Source: Massalongia carnosa
Taxonomy: Eukaryota
Direction of reading: 5' to 3'
Assembly: GCA_965645245.1 (NCBI GenBank)
Contig: OZ287069.1
Location: forward strand, 124,001-188,000
Length of the DNA stretch: 64,000 nucleotides
In this document: one piece after another, positions 25,701 to 35,189 of the stretch
Layout of the letters: every line of letters starts with the position of its first letter
How positions within the stretch are numbered: position 1 is the stretch's first letter
Position numbers and translations under genes: made by a program
The notes under the pieces: generated by a model
What the model saw: the letters and a program-made list of their open reading frames with translations, nothing else
Databases searched by the model: none
What the model was told of the DNA's origin: nothing

Positions 25701-26314
25701 TATGGGCTGACCGTTCCACTGTCAAGAGTACCACCGGCTTATCCCCATATTATGTGACCTGTGGCAGTGAACCTGTTCTACCGATTGAGTTGGAGGTAGC
25801 TACCTAGCGTATTCTTCCTTAGAGTGAGGTTCATACAACTGCCGAGCTATTAGCTATGAGAGCTCGTCAGCTTCAGAGGCGGGAGGAGGATCTTGAGGAA
25901 GCTGTGCATCATTTACAGCGCATGAGGATGGAAGGAAAAGAGGAGTTTGATGATGCGCACCTAATTAGAGCCAAAGAGCTAAAGAAAGGAGACTTAGTAC
26001 TGCTCCATGACACCAAGAGAGATGCGGTGATGTCTACCTCCGTCAAACTGGCCTATCGATGGCTGGGACCATACAGGATACATGAAGCTAAACCCGAGAA
26101 GAGGACATACCTTCCAGCAGAATTGGACGGGACGGTCTTGGCTAACACCTTTGCGGGCAATCGGTTGAAAGAATTCCACCCCAGACAAGACCTTACTCGT
26201 ATTACGACTCCGGAGCATGACACAGAAGAAGTCAACATTGATCCCAGACAGCATGCAATTCCCGAAGGTTGGCCGTTAGCGGTAGTTGTTCCTCCGATCT
26301 CCGGCATAGCATAG
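22784..26314 (+). pseudogene. pol: Pol (RT, RNase H, integrase) with frameshifts and in-frame stops
   Basis: DWFSGYDQ, LPQGA, FVDDVGVKGP; VDSSGKGWG, KRECRG; LDVV...VDGGPEN...NGMIERGH; WLGPYRI. Confidence 0.9.
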
Positions 26315-26594
26315 ACCGAGTGTGTGTGTGTTTCTGACTGTAGTCGCTCTTTCATGATGATTTTCCTTTGTATGAGTGAAGAAGTGAGAGTTTCCTTGGA
26401 TTTTGAACTTCACGTATTGACCAATTTCCTCCCTCACCTAAAGACGTAGCCATAAGAACTCCTCACCTCTTGTGTTCTCTCCTTCCTCAGCTTTCATCTT
26501 TCATCAATCATCAGCAAAACTTTTACACCTAGTACAACTCCTCTCTTCTCATATTTACATCTGCCTTTCCATAACCTGATTGTGTGTTCCCATC

Positions 26595-28086
26595 ATGTCC
26601 TTCCCTGAGTTCCAGGTGGTGAAGATACGGGCCGGGGATAGAGAGTTCCCCACCCTGGATAGTGCGATTGCCTACATGGGCACATTACCACCACCAGTAC
26701 GCCTTCAGGCACAGGAGTTAGTGGCCGGGTCGCTAGAAGAAATGGGCGCACATTTTGAGGACACTGTAGCAAAATTCTGGGACTACTTAGAGTCCGATAG
26801 AACCATGAATGAACTGGTTACGGGGCGGAGTGGCCTGAGGGAGAGATTCGGATATGTGAAGACGGTGGCCGGGAAGGTGCGCGACAGAAAGAAAAAGAGG
26901 GAAGATATGCTGAAAGCAATAGCCAAAATTTGGAAAAATGTAAACCTGGACTTCTGCACCACCTATGGGGATAATGCACTGTCGATGGTGCGGAAGTGCG
27001 CCACGAGGTACAAATATGAGCATACAATTGCGGCCGTTAATCAAGCTATTGTAGAGAGACTCACTATGACTGGAAAGAAATTGCTATTCGAGGGAGCATC
27101 AAATGTGGATTGGAGTACTGCGAGCGAGGACTCGAATACATATGAAAAGATTCCGAGGCCAATTTTAGCAAGATTAGGGATGCACTATGGGCCACATGGC
27201 CCTCTGGTTCCTGGATCGCCTGCACCGGAGGTGCCTGGTCGGGTGGAGGAAGAAGGGGACGAGCAAACCGAACAAAATAGGCCTACTCGTCGCCCCCAAC
27301 CCCCTCCAGAAGATGCTCCTACTAGTAGTGCACAAGCTGAGAGAGAGATTCCTGGTCGTGTTCCGCCGTCTGCTGCTGCGGGTCCGTCAGTGCCCTCTAG
27401 CTCAGGTACTAGTTCTAGTCTAAAAGGGTCACTTAATCCTAGATTAAGTGACCGCGGAAGATCTATTGTTCCAGGCACCGAGCCTTCTGTTACTGCGCCT
27501 ATCCGATCGGTCACACCCGCCAGTCGGCGAGCTACTCCTACACTATTCTCTGAACATTCATCGCCGTTGATAGAGTTTTCTAATACGCCGCCTTTCAATC
27601 GTTCACCAAACTCACCGCGTGTGGTCACTCCTCCTGTGGGGGGGTTGAGTTTACGCCGGCGAGAAGGCAAGTATTGGGACACAGGTCCCGTCATTCTATT
27701 GGGTCACCACTGAGGCCGGGGAGTTGTGCGCCGGACACGGGGGGAAAGATACTGGGGGGAGCGAAGGGACAAGAAGAGGACGAGAGATGCGCATGCACGG
27801 CACCAGAATAGTGGGTAGCAGACCTGGAGGGGGAGGGGGAATCGAGCTCCTCTCCTTCCATCAGTATGGATCCATAGGTTTGTGTGTTCGTCACGTGAAT
27901 ATGCTTGCTGCCCTATTCGGACTAAAAACTCCTATCGAACCTAGGGAACAGGTGAGGCTGTTAGCAAGGTTGTGGGCAGAAAGGAAGAGAGGGGTGGACC
28001 GCTTGCGGTCCATGCCTGAGACGGACACGTGGTGGGACTTGGGAGCGCCGCCGACTGGGTGGGCGGATAGTACAGGCAGACATTAA
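26595..28086 (+). CDS. ORF3 of unknown function between pol and the 3' LTR (372 aa open to 27713; probable frameshifted tail to 28086)
   Basis: ATG at 26595 after a CT-rich leader; helical-looking N-terminal half, Pro/Ser-rich linker; downstream frames give RCAC and LCVRH motifs. Confidence 0.65.
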
Positions 28087-28127
28087 TGCCAGGGGACGGC
28101 ATCAATGGGGGTCTGTGGGTGTGTGAT

Positions 28128-28471
28128 TATTGTAATAGAAGCTCTGCTGGCATAGTAAAAAGCTCACTTTTGAAACGATTGATATTTCTATCTACCTATC
28201 TAAGGACCGTGTTTATATAGATAGAAAAACATGCCGAAAACCGTTCTCCCTATGACTCACCTTCCTGCTTCCTAGAAATCTAAGATTGGTGATTGACTCA
28301 TATCCAATTTATGACTCGATGGGAATGTTCATAGAAGTTTTGCGGTGCTTCTCGAGGTCGTTATGTGTTGCCTAATGTTCTTACCAACGCACTAACTTAA
28401 TCCCAATGCGGTACCATGTGACTCTGAACACTTTACTAGGCATCAGCCGGGTGACTTTGCACATTACAACA
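28128..28471. mobile_element. Solo LTR (344 bp) inserted 6 bp into the Ylt1-like 3' LTR
   Basis: Ends TATTGTAAT...ATTACAACA flanked by the 5-bp TSD GTGAT (28123-28127, 28472-28476). Confidence 0.85.
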
Positions 28472-28874
28472 GTGATAGGGTGAATAGGGACAAGGGCAGG
28501 TGTTGAGGGGAGAGGGGGGGGATTGGTGTGGACGGAGCGGAGGGGAGGTTTTTCCGGGGCTGAGGCGCCCATTTTTCTATAGATAGGGGAAGTTTCACCC
28601 TCTAGACAGACAGGCAATCAACATTTTTCTTTCCTTCAGAGTCAGTATTCGTGTCCGAGTGACAGTGTCAGAGTGGCCGAGTCGTCACCGCCAACGTTCT
28701 GTTTGTTGTTTTCACGTGTGTTCCTTGTTTGCTTTCTGCCGGTCTTCTCTCCTTGAGGTTATTACGTATGCACCACCCACGACTACCCATCTTCAGTATG
28801 AGGGATCATTTTAGTGAGTTTCCCTGAGCTAATGTCAGTCTTTCTTTGTCTTAGCTCTTATACATTTAAGTATT

Positions 28875-28988
28875 ACATCTCCCAGTTCTGTTGGACAAGC
28901 TGGCTCTAATTCGAAAGTCACAATGATCGCACATCTCCCAGTTCTGTTGGACAAGCTGGCTCTGATTCGAAAGTCACAATGATCGCAC
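28875..28988. repeat. 56-bp tandem duplication in the MULE transposase 5' region
   Basis: acatctcccagttctgttggacaagctggctct(a/g)attcgaaagtcacaatgatcgc twice. Confidence 0.92.
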
Positions 28989-29520
28989 TTAACTAGATAT
29001 CTATTCTTCTCGGCCTTCTCAACACGCCATGACTCGCCCTTGCCTGCAAGCCAATTAGTGATCGCCTGTCTTGTCTCATATTTATCGTCCCACTCTTGAC
29101 CGACATAAAGCGACATTGTTGATTCGGCCATAGTGAGATTGAACGAGACATAAGTATGCAGAAATGATGGACGAAGGTATGCACAAATAAGTCCCGAGTT
29201 AATGCTAGATAGCCCGAGTGCCACGTAGTCCAAATGCCTTGTTTAAGCATTCTATGGAGTTTCATTGGCCTATAGCACTTAAAGCAGAAAGTTATAGAGC
29301 TGTAATTGGTAGGTTCAGTCACTTTACCTATGATTGCCCCCCCGATATCGCACGATCATCGGGCTACAGATATCTAGTCGCTCGATTTTATCGCTGTAAT
29401 CATGTCTTCTTTCTTGGAGTAGCAAAGCTTTCATCGGGTAGCCGATGCTCAATGACTTTTCCTCGTGCGTGCGATTTAACTGTGCGGTCGCAATATTCCA
29501 AATGACCCCAAATGACCCCC

Positions 29521-30701
29521 TTCAATTAATTACAGTTTGGGGGTCATCGTGACAGCACCAGAAGCAAAATTACGTGTATATTACGGTAATTGACCCCCAA
29601 ATAACCCCCAGGCAAGATGGGGGGGTTATTTGGGGGTCATCTCAGTACCTTAAGGGCGGTTGGGGGTATTCGGATATGGTCTTGAGATGGTCTCAAGATA
29701 TAATCCACTAGAACGTTCTTGTCTTAGTCTATCTATATAGTGATTACGTCAGTCAAGAAAGCAAATAGTGTTCAGATATTTTGTTTTCAAGACAATCTCG
29801 TGACTTTGTTATATATAAGATATCTTATGACGTGGAATGCATGTTTCTAACAACATCATCTCAGCACGATCTTCGTTTGAAGAATTTCATCAGATTAGCT
29901 CAAGATTCTTTTGAATCAGGAGTGCTATGAAACAGTGTGATATTTGGTTGACAAGATTTCAAGTTTCAGTTTGTGTTAGAGCCAAGTGAAAGCAAAACAT
30001 TTTCTTCGGTCAAGCTATGAGAAGCTAAATAGGATTGCACCAACAACTTCAAGCAAAACATCTTTTCTTCATACCAGTACAAAAAAAGCAAAGCGTTCAC
30101 GAGCTAAACTGATCCTTCCGAATACAACTCAGCTGTAACGAGGTTGCATAAACGTGATATCTCTTTTATAAGATTGTTTTCTGATCGTTTTATCCGGAAC
30201 ACGATCTTGAAGGTCTTAAGATCTTGTCAAAACTGAGATAATCTCCAAATCATTGCCAGATGCTTTTTCACTGCAAGCACTATTCATACCAATATGAATG
30301 TTCACTAAGATATATCCTTTTCAAGACTATAATATTTTCAAAATGATTTCAGACTCTATATTATCCGCAGATATTTCTCATCAGACACAAGCAGAATTTT
30401 AAGCTATCTTATACGTGCAGGACAATGTTGAGTCATCTCAATCAGGAAAGCGCTCAAAAAAACATTCAAACCGGGAACCTGCCGGTGTACCCATTTTAGC
30501 GAAGACATGTCCGGGATCTTGAGACCATTCCATTACCATGTCCGAAAACCCCTAACCGTCCTTAAGGTAATTTGCCGTTCAATTAATTACAGTTCTTGGG
30601 GGTCATCGTGACGGCGCCAGAAGCAAAATTACGTGTATGTTACGGTAATTGACCCCCAAATACCCCCCCATATTCCCTGGGGGTCATTTGGGGGTCATCT
30701 C
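29521..30701. repeat. Two copies of a ~125-bp unit (29521-29643, 30578-30701) containing a hairpin mini-element, separated by a MITE
   Basis: ttcaattaattacagtt...gggggtcatcgtgac...tacggtaattgacccccaaata...tttgggggtcatctc in both copies. Confidence 0.85.
29648..30567. mobile_element. 920-bp non-autonomous TIR element (MITE-like) with TA duplication
   Basis: About 50-bp imperfect TIRs CCTTAAGG(G/A)CGGTT(G/A)GGGGT(A/T)TTCGGA(T/C)ATGGT...ATGGTCTCAAGAT; TA at 29646-29647 and 30568-30569; AT-rich interior with no ORF. Confidence 0.85.
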
Positions 30702-30705
30702 TAGG

Positions 30706-30850
30706 ATGGAAACGTATCGTGGCACGTACGGGACGTTTATGCCTCCTATTTGCATAGAAGATCTTCATTGTTCCTCCGATTGTCCTGCTCCTCTGATTCG
30801 TCGAAAATCTGGTCGTCTCAAAAAGAAGAGGCGGGAGAAAAAGAAGAAAC
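30706..30850 (+). pseudogene. Short C-terminal MULE transposase remnant
   Basis: ETYRGTYGTFMPPICIEDL...PLIRRKSGRLKKKR resembles the post-SWIM region of MULE transposases. Confidence 0.5.
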
Positions 30851-31114
30851 ATCTTTGCATGAAACGCTATTCTATGACCCTTATCGATGCCGTTACCTTC
30901 GCTTGCGCTGGGGGGGGGCTTTTAATTGGATGAATTGATTTGAATGCTTGAATTTGATTGGGCATGGGAACGACACAGGTCAGCCCGGGCAGGCCTAGGC
31001 ACGTGACTCGGGGTCGGTGCTGAGGTGAGAACCTCATCTTCTAGGCCCGAGGCGTCTGCTGACGCTCAACGATCCGCTAGATGATGCCCGACGGCAGTGC
31101 CCGACGGCGATGAT

Positions 31115-32279
31115 CTAGATGGAGGTGCCCGGCGGCGCTCCGGATCGATGCCCTGGTTGACCTGTACGCCCAATGGAATGCCCAATTGAGTAGGGGTAGG
31201 AGTTTGTAGGATTCGTCTCGGCGACGACAGCACGTGGGACTGCCAGAGGGATGCCTTTTTGAAAATTGAGGTTCAAATTGAATAGTGAGGCCTGGGACGT
31301 CTGAAAGTATAGCTGAAACGCGTTTGATGACCATCTTCCGAGTCTCTGAATACTCTCATCCAGCATCCCGTGGTCGGCGGCGTGTTGTGCTGCTCCTTTT
31401 CTGAAGCTGTGTCCCGAGTATGCCGAGTCGTTGATGCCGGCGGCTATCAGTCTCTTTTTCAGGGATGCTATGACGGAGGCTCTGGTGAATGCGGTGCCGA
31501 GACGAAAAAGCGGGGATGTAGATGGCTGAGGATCATTTCTGAAAAAGACGCCGTAGTGCTGTCACGGGGCAAGTGCTCTCATTAGTCGCTGCCAGCACTA
31601 TCTGAACTCCTGAGTGATTTGTGTCTGTTTTGCTTCTTTTGAGACGTAATGTCGCGTATTGATCGTTCTCGGCGAATGAGATGTCACCTCGTGTAGGTTT
31701 CAATCTCTGAAAAGATGTCTTCTTACGATCGGCGACAGTGTAGGTGATTTCCCCGAGTCTGAGGAACCCTGCCCATGCAACTTTGAATGTCGCGTCGATG
31801 TTGAGGTCTTCGGCCGAATGAGCGGGAATACTGGTGATTTTTGTCAGTAATTCTTTTGAAATGGGTAGGCGTCTTCTTTTTGTCTGAGAAAAGATCCTTT
31901 TTCCCCCTTTCAGCATCAATTGAAGTCTCGGCCCCTCGAATGGGGTGAGGCCGTATCCTCGGTCTACATGGTATGATCTGAGGCCGGCGAGGTAGCTCGC
32001 TGCCGTCTCTGGTTTTATCTTTCCCTGCTTGGGTGTGCCGCCCCCGTATAGTCGACCGGCTAGCCATTCCTCGAGGGACTCGGTTGTTGCAGGCCACGAC
32101 GTGCGTCCCGTCGTTGCGCAGAATGCCTCGTATGAGTCGATCGCCGTCCCGTACCCTTTTCTCGTGTCCGCCGAGTGTCCGTGCCAGACGAGGCGTTTTA
32201 CCAGGGCTGACCCTGGTGTGGAGGATACGTAGGTGGAGGGAGGTTCATCGAATTGTATGGGTTCTGCCAATGAGGGCAA
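31115..32279 (-). pseudogene. Ngaro-1 tyrosine recombinase, frameshift near 31540
   Basis: GFLRLGE, RSKTD, then in the next frame YSGHSFRKGAA...LGRWSSNAFQLY. Confidence 0.9.
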
Positions 32280-33901
32280 AAGTTAGCCAATCTTTCATCA
32301 TCAAAACGTGACAGGGCATCTGCTAGTCCATTGGAAGTGCCACTGATCCATTGACAACGTAGTACGATGTCCCACTTTGCAGCTATGGACAGTATTTCTC
32401 GTAGAGGCGCGTTGGCCGGTCCCTTGAGGGTTAGATTCGTGAATCCTGTGTATGCTGTGTTGCTGTCGGTAAAGACAAGGATCTGTCGATGTCGCCATGT
32501 CGGCGCCCATTTCTGAAGGATTAGAAGGATAGCCTCGACTTCTCGGACGTTTATGCTCGGTGATTCTTCCTGATTGAGGACTAGGACTCGGGCCCTACAT
32601 GCGTTTTTTTGATTCACGAGCTCGTTGTCTTGTTGAAAATAGCCTCCGAGACCCGTGAGGCATGCATCCGTATGCACCTTGATCGTGTCTCGTGTTGACG
32701 TCTCGAAGAAGACAATACCGTTGAAGTCCACTAAAAGTTTGTTCCACCAGATGAGATCCTGTCTGACCCATGTGGAAATTCTTCTTTTGACCCGACGATG
32801 ACTGCCCGAGGGAAATGAGGCTATAAAATTCCAGAATAATCGTAAGAAGACTCGGCCCAATTTGACTGCCTGTGCGCAGAAGCTTAGGAAGCCCGCTATT
32901 GATTGCATGTCGCCGAGGCTGATTGTCGTCTCGTTTAGTGCCTTTGTAGTGATGATTCTCGCTTTTTCCAGCTTGTCCGCTGGCAGACGAATAAGACTGT
33001 TGATGGTGTCGACCTCGAGTCCGAAGACTGTCGCTGTCGTTCCCTCGGCGTCTTTTGAGTCGTTTCTCGGGATGCCGAGAATGTCGGTGAGAATGTTGTA
33101 GGCTTTTGTTTCTTGGTGCAATCGTTCTGACGATGTCTCGGATGGGAAAATTGCAACGAAGTCGTCTAGATAGTGATGTAATCTCCATTGTAGAAAGGAT
33201 TCCAAAATCCAATGAAAGCCTTCCGCAAAAAGATTGAAGATGAACGGGGCCGTCGACAGTCCGAACGAAAGGCATGTCTCGGTGTAGAATTCGTCATTCC
33301 ATCCGAAACCCAGAAGCCATTGATGATGAGGTGCGACGGGAACGTTTCGAAAGGCGTCTTTGACGTCTCTTTTCACTATGACAGCACCTTTGCCCTCTGA
33401 CAGAATCAATTGAATAATGTCGTCGAGTCTAGCGTATTGTAATTTGGATGCCTCTTCTGGAATGTTGTCGTTGACTGATGTTTGATTGGGATGAGACAGA
33501 TGATGAATGCGTCGCCATCCTCCGTCATGTTTCGGGACCAAGCCGAGGAGGGAGGCCACAAATGGCTGACTCGGGGCGGCTATTCGTCTGACTCGGCCCT
33601 TCCTGAGGTCCTCTTGAAGCTTATTCTCGATCGTTTCCGGGTCCTCATTCGCTGATGTCAGATTTTTTTCGATCCGAAGGATGTCTGTGGGGCCTTCGTA
33701 TCCGATTTGTACTCCGAAACGAAGGATCATGGGCAGATGGACTCGGAGGGGGCCCGGATACTCTTGAAGTAGGGTTGCCCATGCGGACGGTACGAGGGGA
33801 GATGGGCTGTCTTTCAAACGCTGACGAGATGCGTCTACGAGTTGAAACGAAGGGATTGTATTTGGTCTGATTGGTGCAGGTAAGCAGGGATGGGACGTCA
33901 T
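32198..33901 (-). CDS. Ngaro-1 reverse transcriptase-RNase H
   Basis: GLVPK, WRRIHHLS, KRDVKDAFR, LSFGL, HYLDDF; HTDAC, INVREV, FTDS, NGLADALSR. Confidence 0.93.
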   Translation of the reverse strand: MTSHPCLPAPIRPNTIPSFQLVDASRQRLKDSPSPLVPSAWATLLQEYPGPLRVHLPMILRFGVQIGYEGPTDILRIEKNLTSANEDPETIENKLQEDLRKGRVRRIAAPSQPFVASLLGLVPKHDGGWRRIHHLSHPNQTSVNDNIPEEASKLQYARLDDIIQLILSEGKGAVIVKRDVKDAFRNVPVAPHHQWLLGFGWNDEFYTETCLSFGLSTAPFIFNLFAEGFHWILESFLQWRLHHYLDDFVAIFPSETSSERLHQETKAYNILTDILGIPRNDSKDAEGTTATVFGLEVDTINSLIRLPADKLEKARIITTKALNETTISLGDMQSIAGFLSFCAQAVKLGRVFLRLFWNFIASFPSGSHRRVKRRISTWVRQDLIWWNKLLVDFNGIVFFETSTRDTIKVHTDACLTGLGGYFQQDNELVNQKNACRARVLVLNQEESPSINVREVEAILLILQKWAPTWRHRQILVFTDSNTAYTGFTNLTLKGPANAPLREILSIAAKWDIVLRCQWISGTSNGLADALSRFDDERLANFCPHWQNPYNSMNLPPPTYPPHQGQPW

Positions 33902-33946
33902 GAATTCAGCTATTGAAGCTATTCTACTGCCTCCTACACCAACCCC

Positions 33947-34960
33947 CTATTTCTTCGTTGGGCATGTCTTCTGGCCATGCCCAGCCGCGCCGCACGATTT
34001 GCATTTGTGCTGTCGGTAGCACGACGGCCAGGTGCAGGTGCCGCTGTTGTACTTGTCGCAGATTTCCCCCGCTGCCTTCTCGGCCCTCTCGGCCCTGTCT
34101 CCTCTCGGGGTCGGTCGTCGGGACGGCGGGGATCGTGAGCGGCGACGGCGTAGGACTGTGAGGGGGGTGCAGAATCGAGCTTGGAATTCGTCGGGCATTT
34201 TCCATTGGGATGCGTCGGATGGCTGAGACGCGATGACGTGGGTGTGGGTTTCGATGGCGAGGGGGAGGACTGCTTCCTGCCACTCGTACACCTTGGCCAG
34301 CGTGAGGATTTTTCCGTGGAATGCCGACATGGTGGCGTGAAGCTGTTGACTCGATTTCCCGAAAAGACTGACCATGATCGAGGTGTAGTTGATGAAGCTC
34401 TCGGTCCAGACGTCATGAACTGTCTTTCCGAAATCTTTGTAGGTCCCGGATGCCTTTCTCAACCTCAAGGCGCCGTCTTCGATGCCGATGCGGTCTTGAT
34501 CCTTGTATGACTCGTATTGCATGCCGCGCATGTGTCGGAGGCGGGAGAGGTTGATGGCTTTGAATTTATTTGAAAAGATCTTGATGATCTCGTCCTGTGG
34601 TAGGCCCGCGAAACGGGGTGCTATGCTTCTTACTTCGAGAGGGATCTCACCTAGGTCCTCGTCGTCATCGCCGACGACACGACTCGGCTTGCCAGCAGGA
34701 ATGACGGCCGCTATTCGGGCGTCAGAGTCTCGGCGCATGCAGTCGATTTCTAGCTGCATTTTTTCCACCTCCTTCTCGGCGACCAATGCCTTGGACTCGG
34801 CAATTCTAGCCTCAGCCTCGGCCGCCTTCGCTTCCGCCTCGGCTTTCTTCTTTTGTAGGGCGAAGATTTGATTGGATTGGGCCTACGTCAATCCGACAAT
34901 CTCCTGGGGGTCGGGGACTATGTCGTCCATCAAGGTGCTTTGGGAACGGGTGTTCGTCAT
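33947..34960 (-). pseudogene. gag: Ngaro-1 Gag-like ORF1; ATG at 34960, one internal TAG at 34885-34883
   Basis: C-terminal CDKYNSGTCTWPSCYRQHKCKSCGAAGHGQKTC zinc fingers. Confidence 0.8.
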
Positions 34961-34963
34961 TGG

Positions 34964-35086
34964 GAGGTAGGGGCACCGAGACAACGTGAGGTCGACGACG
35001 AGTCAGTGAGATTGGAAAAGCAGCAAGCACTGACAGCGAGGTAGGGGCACCGAGACAACGTGGGGTCGACGACGAGTCAGTGAGAT
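34964..35086. repeat. 49-bp direct repeat x2 in the Ngaro-1 leader
   Basis: gaggtaggggcaccgagacaacgtg(a/g)ggtcgacgacgagtcagtgagat at 34964 and 35038. Confidence 0.9.
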
Positions 35087-35189
35087 GGATGAGGCCGAGT
35101 GAGAAGAAGTGAATGAGGAAAGAATTTTCAGAGGGTGATTCTTAATTTACTTTGACTCAGGGGCCTCACGTGACATAGAATCATCTCAT

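Larger units (their letters stand above)
19188..28795 (+). mobile_element. Ty3/Gypsy of the fungal Ylt1-like group with an extra third ORF; degenerate
   Basis: LTRs at 19188-19511 and 28122-28127 plus 28477-28795 (about 10 differences); 4-bp TSD GTAT; tRNA-type PBS TGGCGACCACGG at 19513; G-rich tract at 28092-28121. Confidence 0.92.
17096..29131 (-). pseudogene. MuDR-type transposase, split by the Gypsy at 19188-28795 and frameshifted
   Basis: N-terminus MAESTMSLYVGQEW...KCDHCDFRIRAS (29131-28800) rejoins HTC across the TSD; CDGT, QDGNNQ, IISDRNKG, HCCKHL; SWIM CTC...PC; GRPK and CSIC...HNRRTC. Confidence 0.88.
15954..29523 (-). mobile_element. MULE/Mutator DNA transposon interrupted by a 9.6-kb Gypsy
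   Basis: About 70-bp imperfect TIRs GAAGGGGGT(T/C)ATTTGGGG...GGAATATTGCGACCGCAC...GCACGAGGAAAAG at 15954-16023 and 29455-29523. Confidence 0.88.
30960..35170 (-). mobile_element. Tyrosine-recombinase retrotransposon 1 (DIRS order, Ngaro-like); termini not resolved
   Basis: gag, RT/RNase H and YR ORFs in the same order as, and homologous to, element 2; split repeats not found. Confidence 0.88.

Noticed and set aside
26595..27713. ORF3 as a retroviral env
   Set aside because: No visible signal peptide or transmembrane helix.
29648..30567. piggyBac/Kolobok assignment from TTAA near the ends
   Set aside because: Inverted symmetry extends outside the TTAA to a TA, and the empty site at 56110-56185 shows a single TA.
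30961..31080. Hammerhead or hairpin ribozyme in Ngaro terminal regions
   Set aside because: No CUGANGA...GAAA core or complete hairpin-ribozyme loops found by eye.
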